From the sequence record ON568341.1: a stretch of 64,000 bases of DNA, one strand, 5' to 3'. The notes under the pieces are model-generated. The model was not told the DNA's origin, did not search any database, and worked only from the letters and a program-made list of their open reading frames with translations. Positions 28,405-38,806 of this stretch are shown piece by piece (position 1 is the first letter of the stretch; every line of letters starts with the position of its first letter). Made by a program: the position numbers and the translations under genes.

Positions 28405-30210
28405 ATGCAGCTAGATAAATTATATAATGACGTAACGAATTTCCTAAATCAGAGTAATACAGATCTCACAAATGAAAATGCGAACAAAGATGCGAAGTGC
28501 GTCAATACACACAGGGATTTACTTGCAGGTATCCTATCTAAACATTATTCACAAGATGTTATCCCAAATGAACTAATGCAGTGGCATAATGATGGTTATG
28601 GACATATTCATGATTTAGACTACTATATCAGTCCATTAACCAACTGTTGCTTAGTCAACTACCCAGATATGCTAAAAAATGGATTTACTATTGGCTGTGC
28701 TAAAATTGAAGAACCAAAAAGTTTTAGTGTTGCATGTACAGTACTAACACAGATTGTACAAGCTGTAGCTAGTTCACAATACGGAGGTCAATCGTTGGCT
28801 CACATTGATGTCGGGTTGGAACCTTACGTTAAAAAGTCATGGGATAAACTATTAGAAAAACAAAAGAAATATAATCTAAGTGATGAATACATTGAAGAAG
28901 AATTACGAAAAGAAGTATACGATGGATGTCAAACATTACTTTATCAAACTAATTCAATGATTAGTACTAATGGTCAAGCTGCATTTATTTCTCTTAGTTT
29001 AGGTTTGAATACTTCCAAATTTGGTAAATTAATCACCGAACAGTACTTAAAAGTTCATGAGAATGGTTTAGGTAAAGATAAGATTACTCCAGTGTTTCCT
29101 AAAGTGATTTTCTTTTTACAAGATGGTATAAACATGAATACCAATGATTGTAATTATGACCTTAAACAGTTAGCTATGCGTTGTGCATCAAAACGAATCT
29201 ACCCAGACTTTGTTTCAGTTCCATTAAATCACAAAGTGACGGGAAGTAGTGGCACTGCTGTAACACCGATGGGCTGTCGTTCATTCTTAGGAAAATGGGA
29301 AGATTCAAATGGAAATGAACAATATAACGGTCGCTTCAATTTAGGTGTAGTTTCTATCAATTTACCACTAATTGCTCTTGAAAGTGCTACAGATGGAGAG
29401 TTTTTTGATAAGATAGATGAGCATATGAATATTGCATATCGTGCTCAGATGAACCGCGTAGAGCGTTTAAAAGGTACAAAAGCGAAACAGAATCCAATTT
29501 TGTTTATGGAAGGTGCATTAGCACGTTTAGATGCAGAAGAGACTATTGACAAGCTATTTTACAATGGTTATGCTAGTATTAGTATTGGTTATGTTGGACT
29601 TGTTGAATGTTCGGAAATCCTCACTGGTTCTATCAGTAAGGAGTTTTGTATGTCAGTACTGAATTATATGAAAGTAAAATGCGATGAGTTTAAAAAAGAA
29701 AGTAATATTGCTTTTAGTTTATATGGAACTCCAGCAGAGTCACTTTGTTATAAATTTGCACGTTGCATTGAAGCAAAGTATCCGTCTGTTCTAAAACGTA
29801 ATTATATTACAAATTCATTCCATCAACCAGTATGGGTTGAAAGTTCTGCTTTTGAAAAGTGGGATTATGAGGAAAACTTTGCTTATCTAAGCAATGGTGG
29901 TAATATTAGCTATGTCGAAACACCAAACTTAACAAACAACATTCAAGCACTTGAAACATTAATCAATTATGCCTATAAAAAAATTCCATATTTTGGAATA
30001 AACCAGCCTATAGATCATTGTCATAAATGTAATTTTGAAGGTGAATTCAGCGTCGATAAAAACGGTTTCCACTGTCCAGTTTGTAATAATAGAGATGAAA
30101 AATCTATGTCAGTTATTCGAAGAGTTAGCGGATATCTTAGTGCACCAAATAGTCGCCCATTCAATAAAGGAAAGCAAGATGAAGTGATTCAGAGAATTCG
30201 CCATTTATAA
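28405..30210 (+). CDS. nrdD: Anaerobic (class III) ribonucleoside-triphosphate reductase
   Basis: NENANKD, HIHDLDY, TNCC, PMGCRSFL, GRFNLGVVSINLP, CxxC..CxxC, RRVSGYL glycyl-radical motif; start moved to ATG 28405 (AAGGAA RBS). Confidence 0.95.
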   Translation: MQLDKLYNDVTNFLNQSNTDLTNENANKDAKCVNTHRDLLAGILSKHYSQDVIPNELMQWHNDGYGHIHDLDYYISPLTNCCLVNYPDMLKNGFTIGCAKIEEPKSFSVACTVLTQIVQAVASSQYGGQSLAHIDVGLEPYVKKSWDKLLEKQKKYNLSDEYIEEELRKEVYDGCQTLLYQTNSMISTNGQAAFISLSLGLNTSKFGKLITEQYLKVHENGLGKDKITPVFPKVIFFLQDGINMNTNDCNYDLKQLAMRCASKRIYPDFVSVPLNHKVTGSSGTAVTPMGCRSFLGKWEDSNGNEQYNGRFNLGVVSINLPLIALESATDGEFFDKIDEHMNIAYRAQMNRVERLKGTKAKQNPILFMEGALARLDAEETIDKLFYNGYASISIGYVGLVECSEILTGSISKEFCMSVLNYMKVKCDEFKKESNIAFSLYGTPAESLCYKFARCIEAKYPSVLKRNYITNSFHQPVWVESSAFEKWDYEENFAYLSNGGNISYVETPNLTNNIQALETLINYAYKKIPYFGINQPIDHCHKCNFEGEFSVDKNGFHCPVCNNRDEKSMSVIRRVSGYLSAPNSRPFNKGKQDEVIQRIRHL

Positions 30211-30384
30211 TATAGTATAACATGATTACCTCGATTTAACATAAATATTTAAAATTAAATCGAGTAAACTAATTATGAAATGAAAAATGAACAAAGAATC
30301 TAATTTTTTGTTCATTTGTTTATGAAATATCGTTTGATGATAGAATATTAAAAAAAACACTGAAATAAAATTAAGGAGAAATAT

Positions 30385-30744
30385 ATGTTAGAAGCTAAAC
30401 AGGTAATGTCAGGTGAACATCGTGGAACTATTTTTCTAAAAGAAGATGATGTTGTAAAAATTGTAGTATCTAAAACTTTTTCCGAAGATGATGAAGTACT
30501 ATTGAGTACTTTTGATGGTGAGGTTCTACGTGATGTACAGATCAAACATGAACCAGTAATTGAAGGTGGTCAGCATTTAAATGTAAATGTCTTATCTAAA
30601 GAACAACTCATTGATGCACAAAATAATCCAGAAAAATATCCGCAACTTACCATTCGTGTCAGTGGTTATGCTGTTCGTTTCAATTCACTAACAAAAGAAC
30701 AACAAGATGATGTAATTTCTCGTACCTTTACAAAGGAAATTTGA
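30385..30744 (+). CDS. grcA: Autonomous glycyl radical cofactor
   Basis: [10 protein letters not shown]...[34 protein letters not shown]. Confidence 0.93.
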   Translation: MLEAKQVMSGEHRGTIFLKEDDVVKIVVSKTFSEDDEVLLSTFDGEVLRDVQIKHEPVIEGGQHLNVNVLSKEQLIDAQNNPEKYPQLTIRVSGYAVRFNSLTKEQQDDVISRTFTKEI

Positions 30745-31070
30745 TGGATTTAAAGCCAATTGTGGTTAACAAATACAAAGAACCGTATGATGTGTACATT
30801 GGTCGTGGGTCTAAATGGGGTAACCCATTTACCCATATCAATGATAAACAGACGAAAGCCGAGTTCATTGTTGCTACAAGGGAAGAATCAATCGAAAAGT
30901 TCAGAGAATACATAATTGAACGTATTTCTAATGGCGAAGTTAAAATTGATGATTTACTTGAATTAGCAGGGAAACGTCTTGGTTGTTTCTGTAAACCAAA
31001 ATCATGTCATGGTGATGTTCTCGTTGAAATAGTGAGTGCAATACTAGATGAATTACCAGACGATAATTAA
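30744..31070 (+). CDS. DUF4326-like protein
   Basis: YDVYIGRGSKWGNPF...GKRLGCFCKPKSCHGDVL. Confidence 0.8.
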   Translation: MDLKPIVVNKYKEPYDVYIGRGSKWGNPFTHINDKQTKAEFIVATREESIEKFREYIIERISNGEVKIDDLLELAGKRLGCFCKPKSCHGDVLVEIVSAILDELPDDN

Positions 31071-31518
31071 AGATGACCTTATTAATGGTGAGGGGGTGAG
31101 ATGTTCCCTCTTTGTTAGTGGGTGCAGTCATGGGTGTCCTGGATGCTTTAACGAAGTTGCATGGGATTACCGAAGTGGACAAGAGTTCAGTACTGAAACA
31201 ATTGATATAATTTTAGCTGAACTCAGTAAACCGTACATTAGTGGGTTATCACTACTTGGTGGAGATCCACTAATGAAAAAGAACATCGAAACAATTTTAG
31301 AACTATGTAAAATTGTAAAAGATACTTATCCAAATAAAACTATTTGGTGCTGGAGTGGGTATACTTTACAAGAGATTATGGTCAATCATGCCTCTCCAAT
31401 ACTGGAGTACATAGATGTATTGGTTGATGGTAAATTCATAGAAGCAGAAAAGAATTTAAAATTACCTTTTCGTGGTTCTAACAACCAACGAATTTTATAT
31501 AAAAATAAAGATTTTTAG
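31048..31518 (+). CDS. nrdG: Anaerobic RNR activating enzyme (radical SAM)
   Basis: NGEGVRCSLFVSGCSHGCPGCFN, LGGDP, DVLVDG.F, FRGS.NQR. Confidence 0.95.
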   Translation: MNYQTIIKDDLINGEGVRCSLFVSGCSHGCPGCFNEVAWDYRSGQEFSTETIDIILAELSKPYISGLSLLGGDPLMKKNIETILELCKIVKDTYPNKTIWCWSGYTLQEIMVNHASPILEYIDVLVDGKFIEAEKNLKLPFRGSNNQRILYKNKDF

Positions 31519-31521
31519 TAC

Positions 31522-31546
31522 AAAAGCACCCGTCGGGTGCTTTTTT
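31522..31546 (+). terminator. Rho-independent terminator
   Basis: aaaagcaccc/gggtgctttt stem. Confidence 0.85.
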
Positions 31547-31554
31547 GTTATGTA

Positions 31555-31562
31555 TATAAATA
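31555..31562 (+). promoter_or_regulatory. T4-like late promoter TATAAATA
   Basis: Exact motif 32 nt upstream of the tail-fibre-like operon. Confidence 0.75.
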
Positions 31563-31593
31563 CATTAACTAATATCTAATTTATAAGGGATAT

Positions 31594-34293
31594 ATGATGT
31601 CAAAGAAAATATATGGTGGATTAGATGTCACACATAATGTGACAGTTAATGGAAAAAGAACAATACAAGGTATTAACAAACAAGTGTTTGACGAAAATGG
31701 TAATATGGTGTTGGATACATATTCAAAAAATGAAATGAATGATATCATTGGTATGTTACCAATTTCACATTATGGTTCCATGAACTATCTACCTGCTGGG
31801 GTCGGTGGGGATTTCAATGGTGCATCAGAAAATCAGGCATATCGCAGGAATAAGGTATTATTGGAAAATGATGGAACACTCGTTCTTTTGCGTAGTGGTA
31901 CAAACGGTAGTGTTGAAGGTTTATATTATTCTTATTTGTCTAATGCATTAGCAGTTACTGATATGAGTCGTACAATTAACACAAGTCGTCAATACAAACC
32001 AGGATTCTTCGGTCCAAATCGTGTTGCACTTGGTTTATTTAACACTGATCAAAATATTATAATGGGGAGATATAAAGATATTTCAAACAACACAATTGGT
32101 ACATTCATTTCTATTACTAATGGTACACTTAATGATACATTACACACAGGTTTTTTTGTAAATCAAACTGATATATCACCTGAAGGTGGTGTTGAATATG
32201 CTATGATGGCAGAAGACGGTTCAATATATGTTTTTAATGTAATTAATGAAAATAATAAATTTGAAATAGCCATTGTTAAAGTTGTATTTAATGTGGATAA
32301 TGGTTCTTACACAGCAACCCGCATCACAGGGTGGACTACAAAAACATTTTATAATACTACTTATTCTGGGCAAAATAATATTGTGATAACTAATGCAATG
32401 ACGTCAACTAATATTGCGGATAAGCCTTATGTATTTGTTCCTCCGAATTTGTATGGTATGGGGATTTATATGACATCTATTGATTTATATGTTGCACAAC
32501 AACCAGGAACACAAAATTTTCGTTTCAGGATGAATGGTGACGCTTATTTCGCCATGCCAACATATAGTTCGCGTCCACAACACAATTATAGTTTCACGTT
32601 CGATATGAACTCAAAGCAATGTACATTAGATGCAGGTAACGATATTGGCTCCTTCCAAGCACCGTTGGTTATAACAAATACAGGTTCTGACTTAGTTGCA
32701 TCTGGTAATGTGTTGAATTTAGACCCACTATATGACCACAATGGATATAGAAACATTTATAGTTCATATTTTTATTTAAATTCTGGTGACGTGTTTTGTA
32801 CTGCATGTCCAAACTTAGCAGAGCCACTCGCTATGCAAAAAGCAAAGTTTCCTGTGCAAATAGTATATAACATGTTAAATGTTCGTGCTGTTATATCATC
32901 AAACTTCATAGGTGGTATCGTCCGACCATCATTTGGTTCAGCGGTTGGTTCATATATTAATGGCGTTGAACTACTTCCAGATAACAGTACTAAACAATAT
33001 TCACGAGCATCTGGTTCAGGTGGTTTTAGTCCGTCATATGCAGTTCATAAAAGTACTCCGAATTTTACATTTCAATCGTTATCATTGGGAACAATTCAAG
33101 GTTATGAACCCACCACTGAGCGTAAAAATGTAAGTGAAAATAACAACAATAGAATTTTCATTAGTACTGTGTCTGGGTCAACAGTTACAACTAATGGTGG
33201 TATTTTTATGGTCGGACAACGTTATTCACAATCACTGTCTTTTGATAAAAACTTAAATGGTACAGGTAGTATTAGTGTTTCGCAATCAGTTCTTGATGGG
33301 TTCAGAGACTCTGAATATGCTAAAGTTTTAAGTGATTGGAATTTATCTCCGCAAGCGGGTAAAGATATGACATTGTTTGTACCGCAACAAGCGGATATTC
33401 CAGCATTTGTCATGCTCAGTACAATAACTAATGATTTTAAAAACTACATTAGAATTGCTGAAGTTAATGTAAACACCAGAGTAGGTGAAATCAAATCGAT
33501 AACATTCAAGCGTTTAGTTCTTGAAAATAGATATGGTGATAGTTTCACACCGAATGTTGGCGGTTATATTGCACCATCATCTGTTGGTTTAACAATTTAT
33601 GATGGTGGTTCTTTTTATTTCATTGGCGGTTCAGATCCATTAACACATCCAACAATTGGTAATACAGCAACACACATATTTCGTGCATACGTAAACAAAT
33701 CATCTGCACAATTTGAGAGTTTTATTATTGATGGTATCCATGCGTACTATAATCAAGGCCGTCAATTCACTGCATTACCTGATATTGGATTTGGATATTT
33801 TGATACAATAGACTATGATAACAAAATGATTTTCCGCAAATGTGGAACTACTATTGAAGAATATAATAACTGGAAAGAACAAGGTAATCCAATCAACGTT
33901 GTTTCACAAGATGTTGCACAAGGATTTGTTGTTTATTTTACAGAAGAAACTCCAGTTATTCTTTCTGGTAAATCATTTACCTTACCAGTGTCAAATATTG
34001 ATTTAAGAACAATAAAGCCAAACCCAGCCAATACAACATTTCATGTATATGTTAAGTTAAAACAAGGATTAGTAACTTATCATATAACTACCGATGTTAT
34101 TTCAGAAACTGGGACAATTGCATATAATATATTGTGGATAGGAACAATTAGAACTAACGATATTCAAATTGTATCAATTGATATACAAAAACGTTCACGA
34201 TTGGATATTTTTGGTGCTTCACTTGAAGCGGCAGGGGTTTCGTTCCCAGTCAGCTACGGTCTACCATCACAAACAGGAACCATAAACTGGTAA
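31594..34293 (+). CDS. Putative tail-fibre/baseplate structural protein (paralogue 1, long)
   Basis: Late promoter; beta-rich; shares N-terminal LPIS.YG and C-terminal VSQDVAQGF...G..P.S.G.PS.G...W modules with the next two genes. Confidence 0.6.
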   Translation: MMSKKIYGGLDVTHNVTVNGKRTIQGINKQVFDENGNMVLDTYSKNEMNDIIGMLPISHYGSMNYLPAGVGGDFNGASENQAYRRNKVLLENDGTLVLLRSGTNGSVEGLYYSYLSNALAVTDMSRTINTSRQYKPGFFGPNRVALGLFNTDQNIIMGRYKDISNNTIGTFISITNGTLNDTLHTGFFVNQTDISPEGGVEYAMMAEDGSIYVFNVINENNKFEIAIVKVVFNVDNGSYTATRITGWTTKTFYNTTYSGQNNIVITNAMTSTNIADKPYVFVPPNLYGMGIYMTSIDLYVAQQPGTQNFRFRMNGDAYFAMPTYSSRPQHNYSFTFDMNSKQCTLDAGNDIGSFQAPLVITNTGSDLVASGNVLNLDPLYDHNGYRNIYSSYFYLNSGDVFCTACPNLAEPLAMQKAKFPVQIVYNMLNVRAVISSNFIGGIVRPSFGSAVGSYINGVELLPDNSTKQYSRASGSGGFSPSYAVHKSTPNFTFQSLSLGTIQGYEPTTERKNVSENNNNRIFISTVSGSTVTTNGGIFMVGQRYSQSLSFDKNLNGTGSISVSQSVLDGFRDSEYAKVLSDWNLSPQAGKDMTLFVPQQADIPAFVMLSTITNDFKNYIRIAEVNVNTRVGEIKSITFKRLVLENRYGDSFTPNVGGYIAPSSVGLTIYDGGSFYFIGGSDPLTHPTIGNTATHIFRAYVNKSSAQFESFIIDGIHAYYNQGRQFTALPDIGFGYFDTIDYDNKMIFRKCGTTIEEYNNWKEQGNPINVVSQDVAQGFVVYFTEETPVILSGKSFTLPVSNIDLRTIKPNPANTTFHVYVKLKQGLVTYHITTDVISETGTIAYNILWIGTIRTNDIQIVSIDIQKRSRLDIFGASLEAAGVSFPVSYGLPSQTGTINW

Positions 34294-34304
34294 AGGATTA
34301 TACA

Positions 34305-34892
34305 ATGGCATATAAAATAAGAGCAGATCTTAAAGCAATGGAACAGGTTACAGTACAAGGTAAAAGAACTGGACTTGGTGTGTTAGGTAATAATATGACG
34401 TATTATCCAACAAATTCAGATGGGGAATGTACTTTCCCATCTATTACAAAAGATGATATTGATTTTATTGTAAATGGTTTTCCCATTACACAATATGGTG
34501 AATTATATGATAATGAAAATCTAAATATTACATCATCTGGTAACAAACTTACATTTAATAGAGAGATACCATCATTTATTGGTGGTTATCTATACAAGTT
34601 TCCGGCAGTTTCTGTTTTTGCATCACCAGTTACATCGGGAACACAGACTCAATATGTATATGCAACATTGGTTCTAGGTGAACCAATTTATAAAGTATCT
34701 CCGATACAAATGCAAGAATCTGAAATTATAATGTTTATTGGTACTATTATTGTTGGAACAAGTGGTATTACAAATATAAACATCGATAAGGTGTCAAGAT
34801 TTAGTACGTTTAGACCTAACGTTACACAAAAAGGTTCGTCATTCCCAGTTAGTTCTGGAAAACCATCCGAAACCGGTTCGATTAGTTGGTAA
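34305..34892 (+). CDS. Putative structural protein (paralogue 2, core modules only)
   Basis: FPITQYG joined directly to the shared C-terminal module (...GSSFPVSSGKPSETGSISW). Confidence 0.6.
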   Translation: MAYKIRADLKAMEQVTVQGKRTGLGVLGNNMTYYPTNSDGECTFPSITKDDIDFIVNGFPITQYGELYDNENLNITSSGNKLTFNREIPSFIGGYLYKFPAVSVFASPVTSGTQTQYVYATLVLGEPIYKVSPIQMQESEIIMFIGTIIVGTSGITNINIDKVSRFSTFRPNVTQKGSSFPVSSGKPSETGSISW

Positions 34893-34910
34893 ATTAAGGA
34901 AAAGAAAAAA

Positions 34911-37643
34911 ATGTCATCAAAACGAATTATAGGAAGTGCTGAGATCCTTGGAAACTTAGCGATTGGTGGAAAATATGCAATGCGTACATTTAACGGAACT
35001 TCCCCCGATGCAAACACTGGAATAGTTAATTATCCAATATATAATAGGTCGGAAGTACAACGTATTTTAGACATGCTACCAATATCACGTATAGGAGAAA
35101 TGGATTATCTTCCATTAAACGTGAATGGCTCATATGAAGGGGCAACATCAAATTCAGATATATATCGCGTTCAACCGACTATCATTGAAGATGATGGAAC
35201 TGGTGTGGTATTACGTGCAGGTACTAATGGTAGTGAAAAAGGTTTCTATTATTCTTTCATACGAGATTTAAGAAATGTTTCTTCTTTAACTCAAGATATG
35301 GTCATTTCAACCACAAGTAAATATAAACCATCCATTCTCAGTGCTGGGGAAAGTGTTACTAGATTTATTGGTTCTAATGGGTATGAGCTTTTAGTTTCAT
35401 ATACATCGAACTTAAATTATATTTTTACGTTAACAAATGGTACATTCAATGAAACATCCCATATCCATGCTAAATTGGTTGGTACACAATTTAATACGGA
35501 TAAACCATTATATGCACATATAGTTGGGGCAAATATATTCATTTGGTGTAAAGATACAACAGTAACTAATGGTGGCATGGCATATACATTATACACCGTA
35601 TCAAAAAGTGATGTGATTAATGGCACGATGACATCTTTTGCTAAAGTTACAGGATTTTCTGGACAAACAGTTAGAAATACAAGCTATAGTTCATCAAACA
35701 ACATTCGTGTATTTGATAGTTATTTTTCCACAAATTCTGACTCGGACTCTCTATTTGTTATTAACAGTCCCGTGAATAGTGTAGAGTATATTGATTATAA
35801 TGACTATAATATCCAAGCGAATGCCAGTTCTGATAACTCTAGAATACGAGTTACTTTATATATAACACCACGTTTCAGTACACCATTGATTGTATCTCCT
35901 GTATTCGCAACAGGTATAAGTTTTGTTTATACTATTAGCTCAAAATCTATGTCATTGGACGGTAGTGCCAGAGCACCAGTTACAGTATCGTATACTAATA
36001 ATAAGTTTGTGGTTTCTAACCAGTTTGAAATTTCAATGAGTAATTTTACTGGTTCAAAGAACAGTTTATCTTCATTAGGTGATTGTGGCTCAATATGTCA
36101 AACAACAGATGGTCTAGTTTTCACTTCAAAATCCAGATGGGTTTCTGATGAGACATATGGCTTACAACTATATAAAGTTCAAGGTACACCATACGATAGT
36201 TGGGTTGCTAGTTCCCGTAAAGCAAGTGATTTAATAAACGTAAATGTTAAACCAACATACGGTTCGGCTGTAGGTGAAAACTTACTTGGTGTTAGATTCA
36301 TTGATACCAGAAAGATACTTCTTGCATGTTCAAGTACTAGCAATGGTGTAACTTATGGTTATGATAGTACTGTGTATTCTCAAATTGGGGAAAATCCAAC
36401 ACATACATATAATAGTGTTACTACTGGAAAATCTATAGAAGGGTTTGCACCTGAATCAGAACGTAAATATCTAGGTAATAGTTATGATTACAGTGCTATG
36501 ATTTCGTTAATCGCAGAAGACGGTACAGTAAGGTCTTATGGTTCATCATTTATTGAAGGAATTACCAAAGATGCAACTGGGTTACTAGATCCAGTTACAA
36601 TGACATTCTCTGGAAAATATACAATATCTGATGCTACTTTAATGGAGTTAAAACAATCTATCATTACTAGCTCTAAAATTTCTGGTACTAGTACTTCTAG
36701 AATATGCTTTTATTATGTACCTGACACTACATTCTCAAGATCTATGGCAGTCGTTTGTACATACAGCCCAACTAATAACCAAGGGTATGCTATTTTTGCT
36801 GAAGTTGATGTTGTACTTAGTGGTTCTGAAATCACAAGTGCATCAGTATATTCAACTAGATACGAAGTTGAAGATAATGTTTCTGGTATACAAAGCAATG
36901 CAATATTAAAGCGTTGCACGGGAATGACAGTTGCGAAATACACAGGGTTCAATTATCTTGGAATTGATACAATTCACCAGTTCACTGTACCTGGCGATGT
37001 TCATCAAAAAATGATGATAGCTAAAGTTAAAAATGGAGATATTAGTAGTAATCGTTATTTCACAACTTATCATGTTAATGCTAATAATAGCTTTGCTTTC
37101 CAACATGGTGCAATTCCCAATGTTGGGTTTGGGTATTATAACTTCAACATTTCAGATTTACAGACAAAAGCAGTTTTTTCTGTATTTGGTACAACTGAAG
37201 CACAAATGGATGGTTTGATTGCGGGGACTGGAGCAGTGCTGAATAATTATGTCATTGTGTCACAGGACGTTGCACAGGGTTTTAACGTATACTTCACTCG
37301 TGATGTACCAGTGTTTTTGGGTGGAATGTTTGACAGACTACCAGTTCAAAGTATAGATTTGAAAACTATTAAAACTAATCCTGCTAACAGTACTTTTTAT
37401 ATTTACATTCAAATGGATCGCAACACTGGAAAAGCGGCATACGTTATTAGTACTACCCTTCTCGATGAGACATTGACAAATGTTTATATTGGTAATATCA
37501 TCACTGGAAGTACAAGTATCACGTCGATTGATACTGAAAAGGTAACTCGCTTCTTGACCTACCGACCTAGTACCACAAAACGTGGGTCCGCAATACCTGC
37601 CAGTACTGGTGTACCATCTGGGCCTGGCTCCCGTTGGAAATAA
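34911..37643 (+). CDS. Putative tail-fibre/baseplate structural protein (paralogue 3, long)
   Basis: LPISRIG.MDYLP, VLRAGTNG, VSQDVAQGF...GSAIPASTGVPSGPGSRWK. Confidence 0.6.
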   Translation: MSSKRIIGSAEILGNLAIGGKYAMRTFNGTSPDANTGIVNYPIYNRSEVQRILDMLPISRIGEMDYLPLNVNGSYEGATSNSDIYRVQPTIIEDDGTGVVLRAGTNGSEKGFYYSFIRDLRNVSSLTQDMVISTTSKYKPSILSAGESVTRFIGSNGYELLVSYTSNLNYIFTLTNGTFNETSHIHAKLVGTQFNTDKPLYAHIVGANIFIWCKDTTVTNGGMAYTLYTVSKSDVINGTMTSFAKVTGFSGQTVRNTSYSSSNNIRVFDSYFSTNSDSDSLFVINSPVNSVEYIDYNDYNIQANASSDNSRIRVTLYITPRFSTPLIVSPVFATGISFVYTISSKSMSLDGSARAPVTVSYTNNKFVVSNQFEISMSNFTGSKNSLSSLGDCGSICQTTDGLVFTSKSRWVSDETYGLQLYKVQGTPYDSWVASSRKASDLINVNVKPTYGSAVGENLLGVRFIDTRKILLACSSTSNGVTYGYDSTVYSQIGENPTHTYNSVTTGKSIEGFAPESERKYLGNSYDYSAMISLIAEDGTVRSYGSSFIEGITKDATGLLDPVTMTFSGKYTISDATLMELKQSIITSSKISGTSTSRICFYYVPDTTFSRSMAVVCTYSPTNNQGYAIFAEVDVVLSGSEITSASVYSTRYEVEDNVSGIQSNAILKRCTGMTVAKYTGFNYLGIDTIHQFTVPGDVHQKMMIAKVKNGDISSNRYFTTYHVNANNSFAFQHGAIPNVGFGYYNFNISDLQTKAVFSVFGTTEAQMDGLIAGTGAVLNNYVIVSQDVAQGFNVYFTRDVPVFLGGMFDRLPVQSIDLKTIKTNPANSTFYIYIQMDRNTGKAAYVISTTLLDETLTNVYIGNIITGSTSITSIDTEKVTRFLTYRPSTTKRGSAIPASTGVPSGPGSRWK

Positions 37644-37647
37644 TTTT

Positions 37648-37677
37648 AAAGCTCGTCTATTGACGGGCTTTTCTTTT
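37648..37677 (+). terminator. Rho-independent terminator
   Basis: aaagctcgtc/gacgggcttt stem and T-run. Confidence 0.8.
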
Positions 37678-37688
37678 GTGTGTATAAT
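37660..37688 (+). promoter_or_regulatory. Sigma70 promoter overlapping the terminator
   Basis: TTGACG-17-TATAAT. Confidence 0.7.
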
Positions 37689-37711
37689 ACAAAGAAATAT
37701 AGGAGGAAATT

Positions 37712-38278
37712 ATGGTCAAATCATTACTACCACCACCAAAACGACATAAAATCAAAGAAATGAAAGAACAACGCACATTAAAGATGTACAACAACTTAGT
37801 TAAGTTACTTTGCAAAAGCCCATCACTCAAAGAAGTATTCACAACAGATGATGATCGTAATGCACTTATTGAGATGAAATATATGCTCAGTAAAATGTCC
37901 TTTTACAAATTTGTCAAAGAATACTCAACTGAACCATTCAGTCCTCGTTGGCGAGTCAAACCAAGAGAGTATTTTTTCGGTGGTTCATATACTGATATCA
38001 TTCAAGATACGGTGATAGGCGTAGAGTTCGAGATTGATTATGAGCCTAATGGTGTGGAAAACTGGCAGATTGACAAACATTTACCAAGTGAAGATGAAAT
38101 TTATGTTTATGCAAGAAAACAGACAACCTTCAGTTCAAGAATTGCTCTTAATAATTTAGATTCATTTATTATTTTCTATACACGTGTAGGTGTAGATAAA
38201 ATGGTAACTAAACTCAATGAATTATCATTACAACAAAAACAGATTAATGCATACAAAGACATTACAGATTTATACTAA
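37712..38278 (+). CDS. Hypothetical protein (family B, copy 1)
   Basis: KSPSLKE...DDDRNALIEMKYMLSK. Confidence 0.75.
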   Translation: MVKSLLPPPKRHKIKEMKEQRTLKMYNNLVKLLCKSPSLKEVFTTDDDRNALIEMKYMLSKMSFYKFVKEYSTEPFSPRWRVKPREYFFGGSYTDIIQDTVIGVEFEIDYEPNGVENWQIDKHLPSEDEIYVYARKQTTFSSRIALNNLDSFIIFYTRVGVDKMVTKLNELSLQQKQINAYKDITDLY

Positions 38279-38290
38279 TGAGGATTGGAT

Positions 38291-38806
38291 ATGTTTTTTG
38301 GACAGTTAAAAAAACCTAACAGTACTTTAATTTGGCATGAAATCATCTTTAAAATTATATCTAAAAGCTACTCACTAAAAGATATTATCAAAACAGATCA
38401 TGATCGACATGTTCTGTTAGAAGCAAAATATAAATTGAGCAAACACCCGTTACTTTCGTTAATCATTGATTACGTTAATGATTATGAATCCAGTCGTTGG
38501 CAGTGGGAAGACGGAGGTTTATTTCGTGGAAAAACATTCTACGGTGCCGAACGATATGTATTCAGTGATACAGCAAATGATGTTAAGTTTGCTATTAGAA
38601 ACTTTAACTCCAAAGAAAATGATTATCTTGAAAGTGGAGTTAAGGTGTATATAGATAATAATAGCAATGTACTTACATATGACGAATCACTAATTATGTT
38701 ACAAATAATGCGTGGAGTTGAAAGTGTAAGACACAATCTTACTAAGTTGAAAATCCAGCAAAATGATATACATAATAGACAGAAAATTAAGGGTTTATAT
38801 AAATGA
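38291..38806 (+). CDS. Hypothetical protein (family B, copy 2)
   Basis: KSYSLKD...DHDRHVLLEAKYKLSK. Confidence 0.75.
   Translation: MFFGQLKKPNSTLIWHEIIFKIISKSYSLKDIIKTDHDRHVLLEAKYKLSKHPLLSLIIDYVNDYESSRWQWEDGGLFRGKTFYGAERYVFSDTANDVKFAIRNFNSKENDYLESGVKVYIDNNSNVLTYDESLIMLQIMRGVESVRHNLTKLKIQQNDIHNRQKIKGLYK

Noticed and set aside
31594-37643. Diversity-generating retroelement acting on the tail-fibre-like genes
   Set aside because: No reverse transcriptase is present in the window, and there is no near-identical template/variable repeat pair differing at adenines. The similarity between paralogues is at protein level only.
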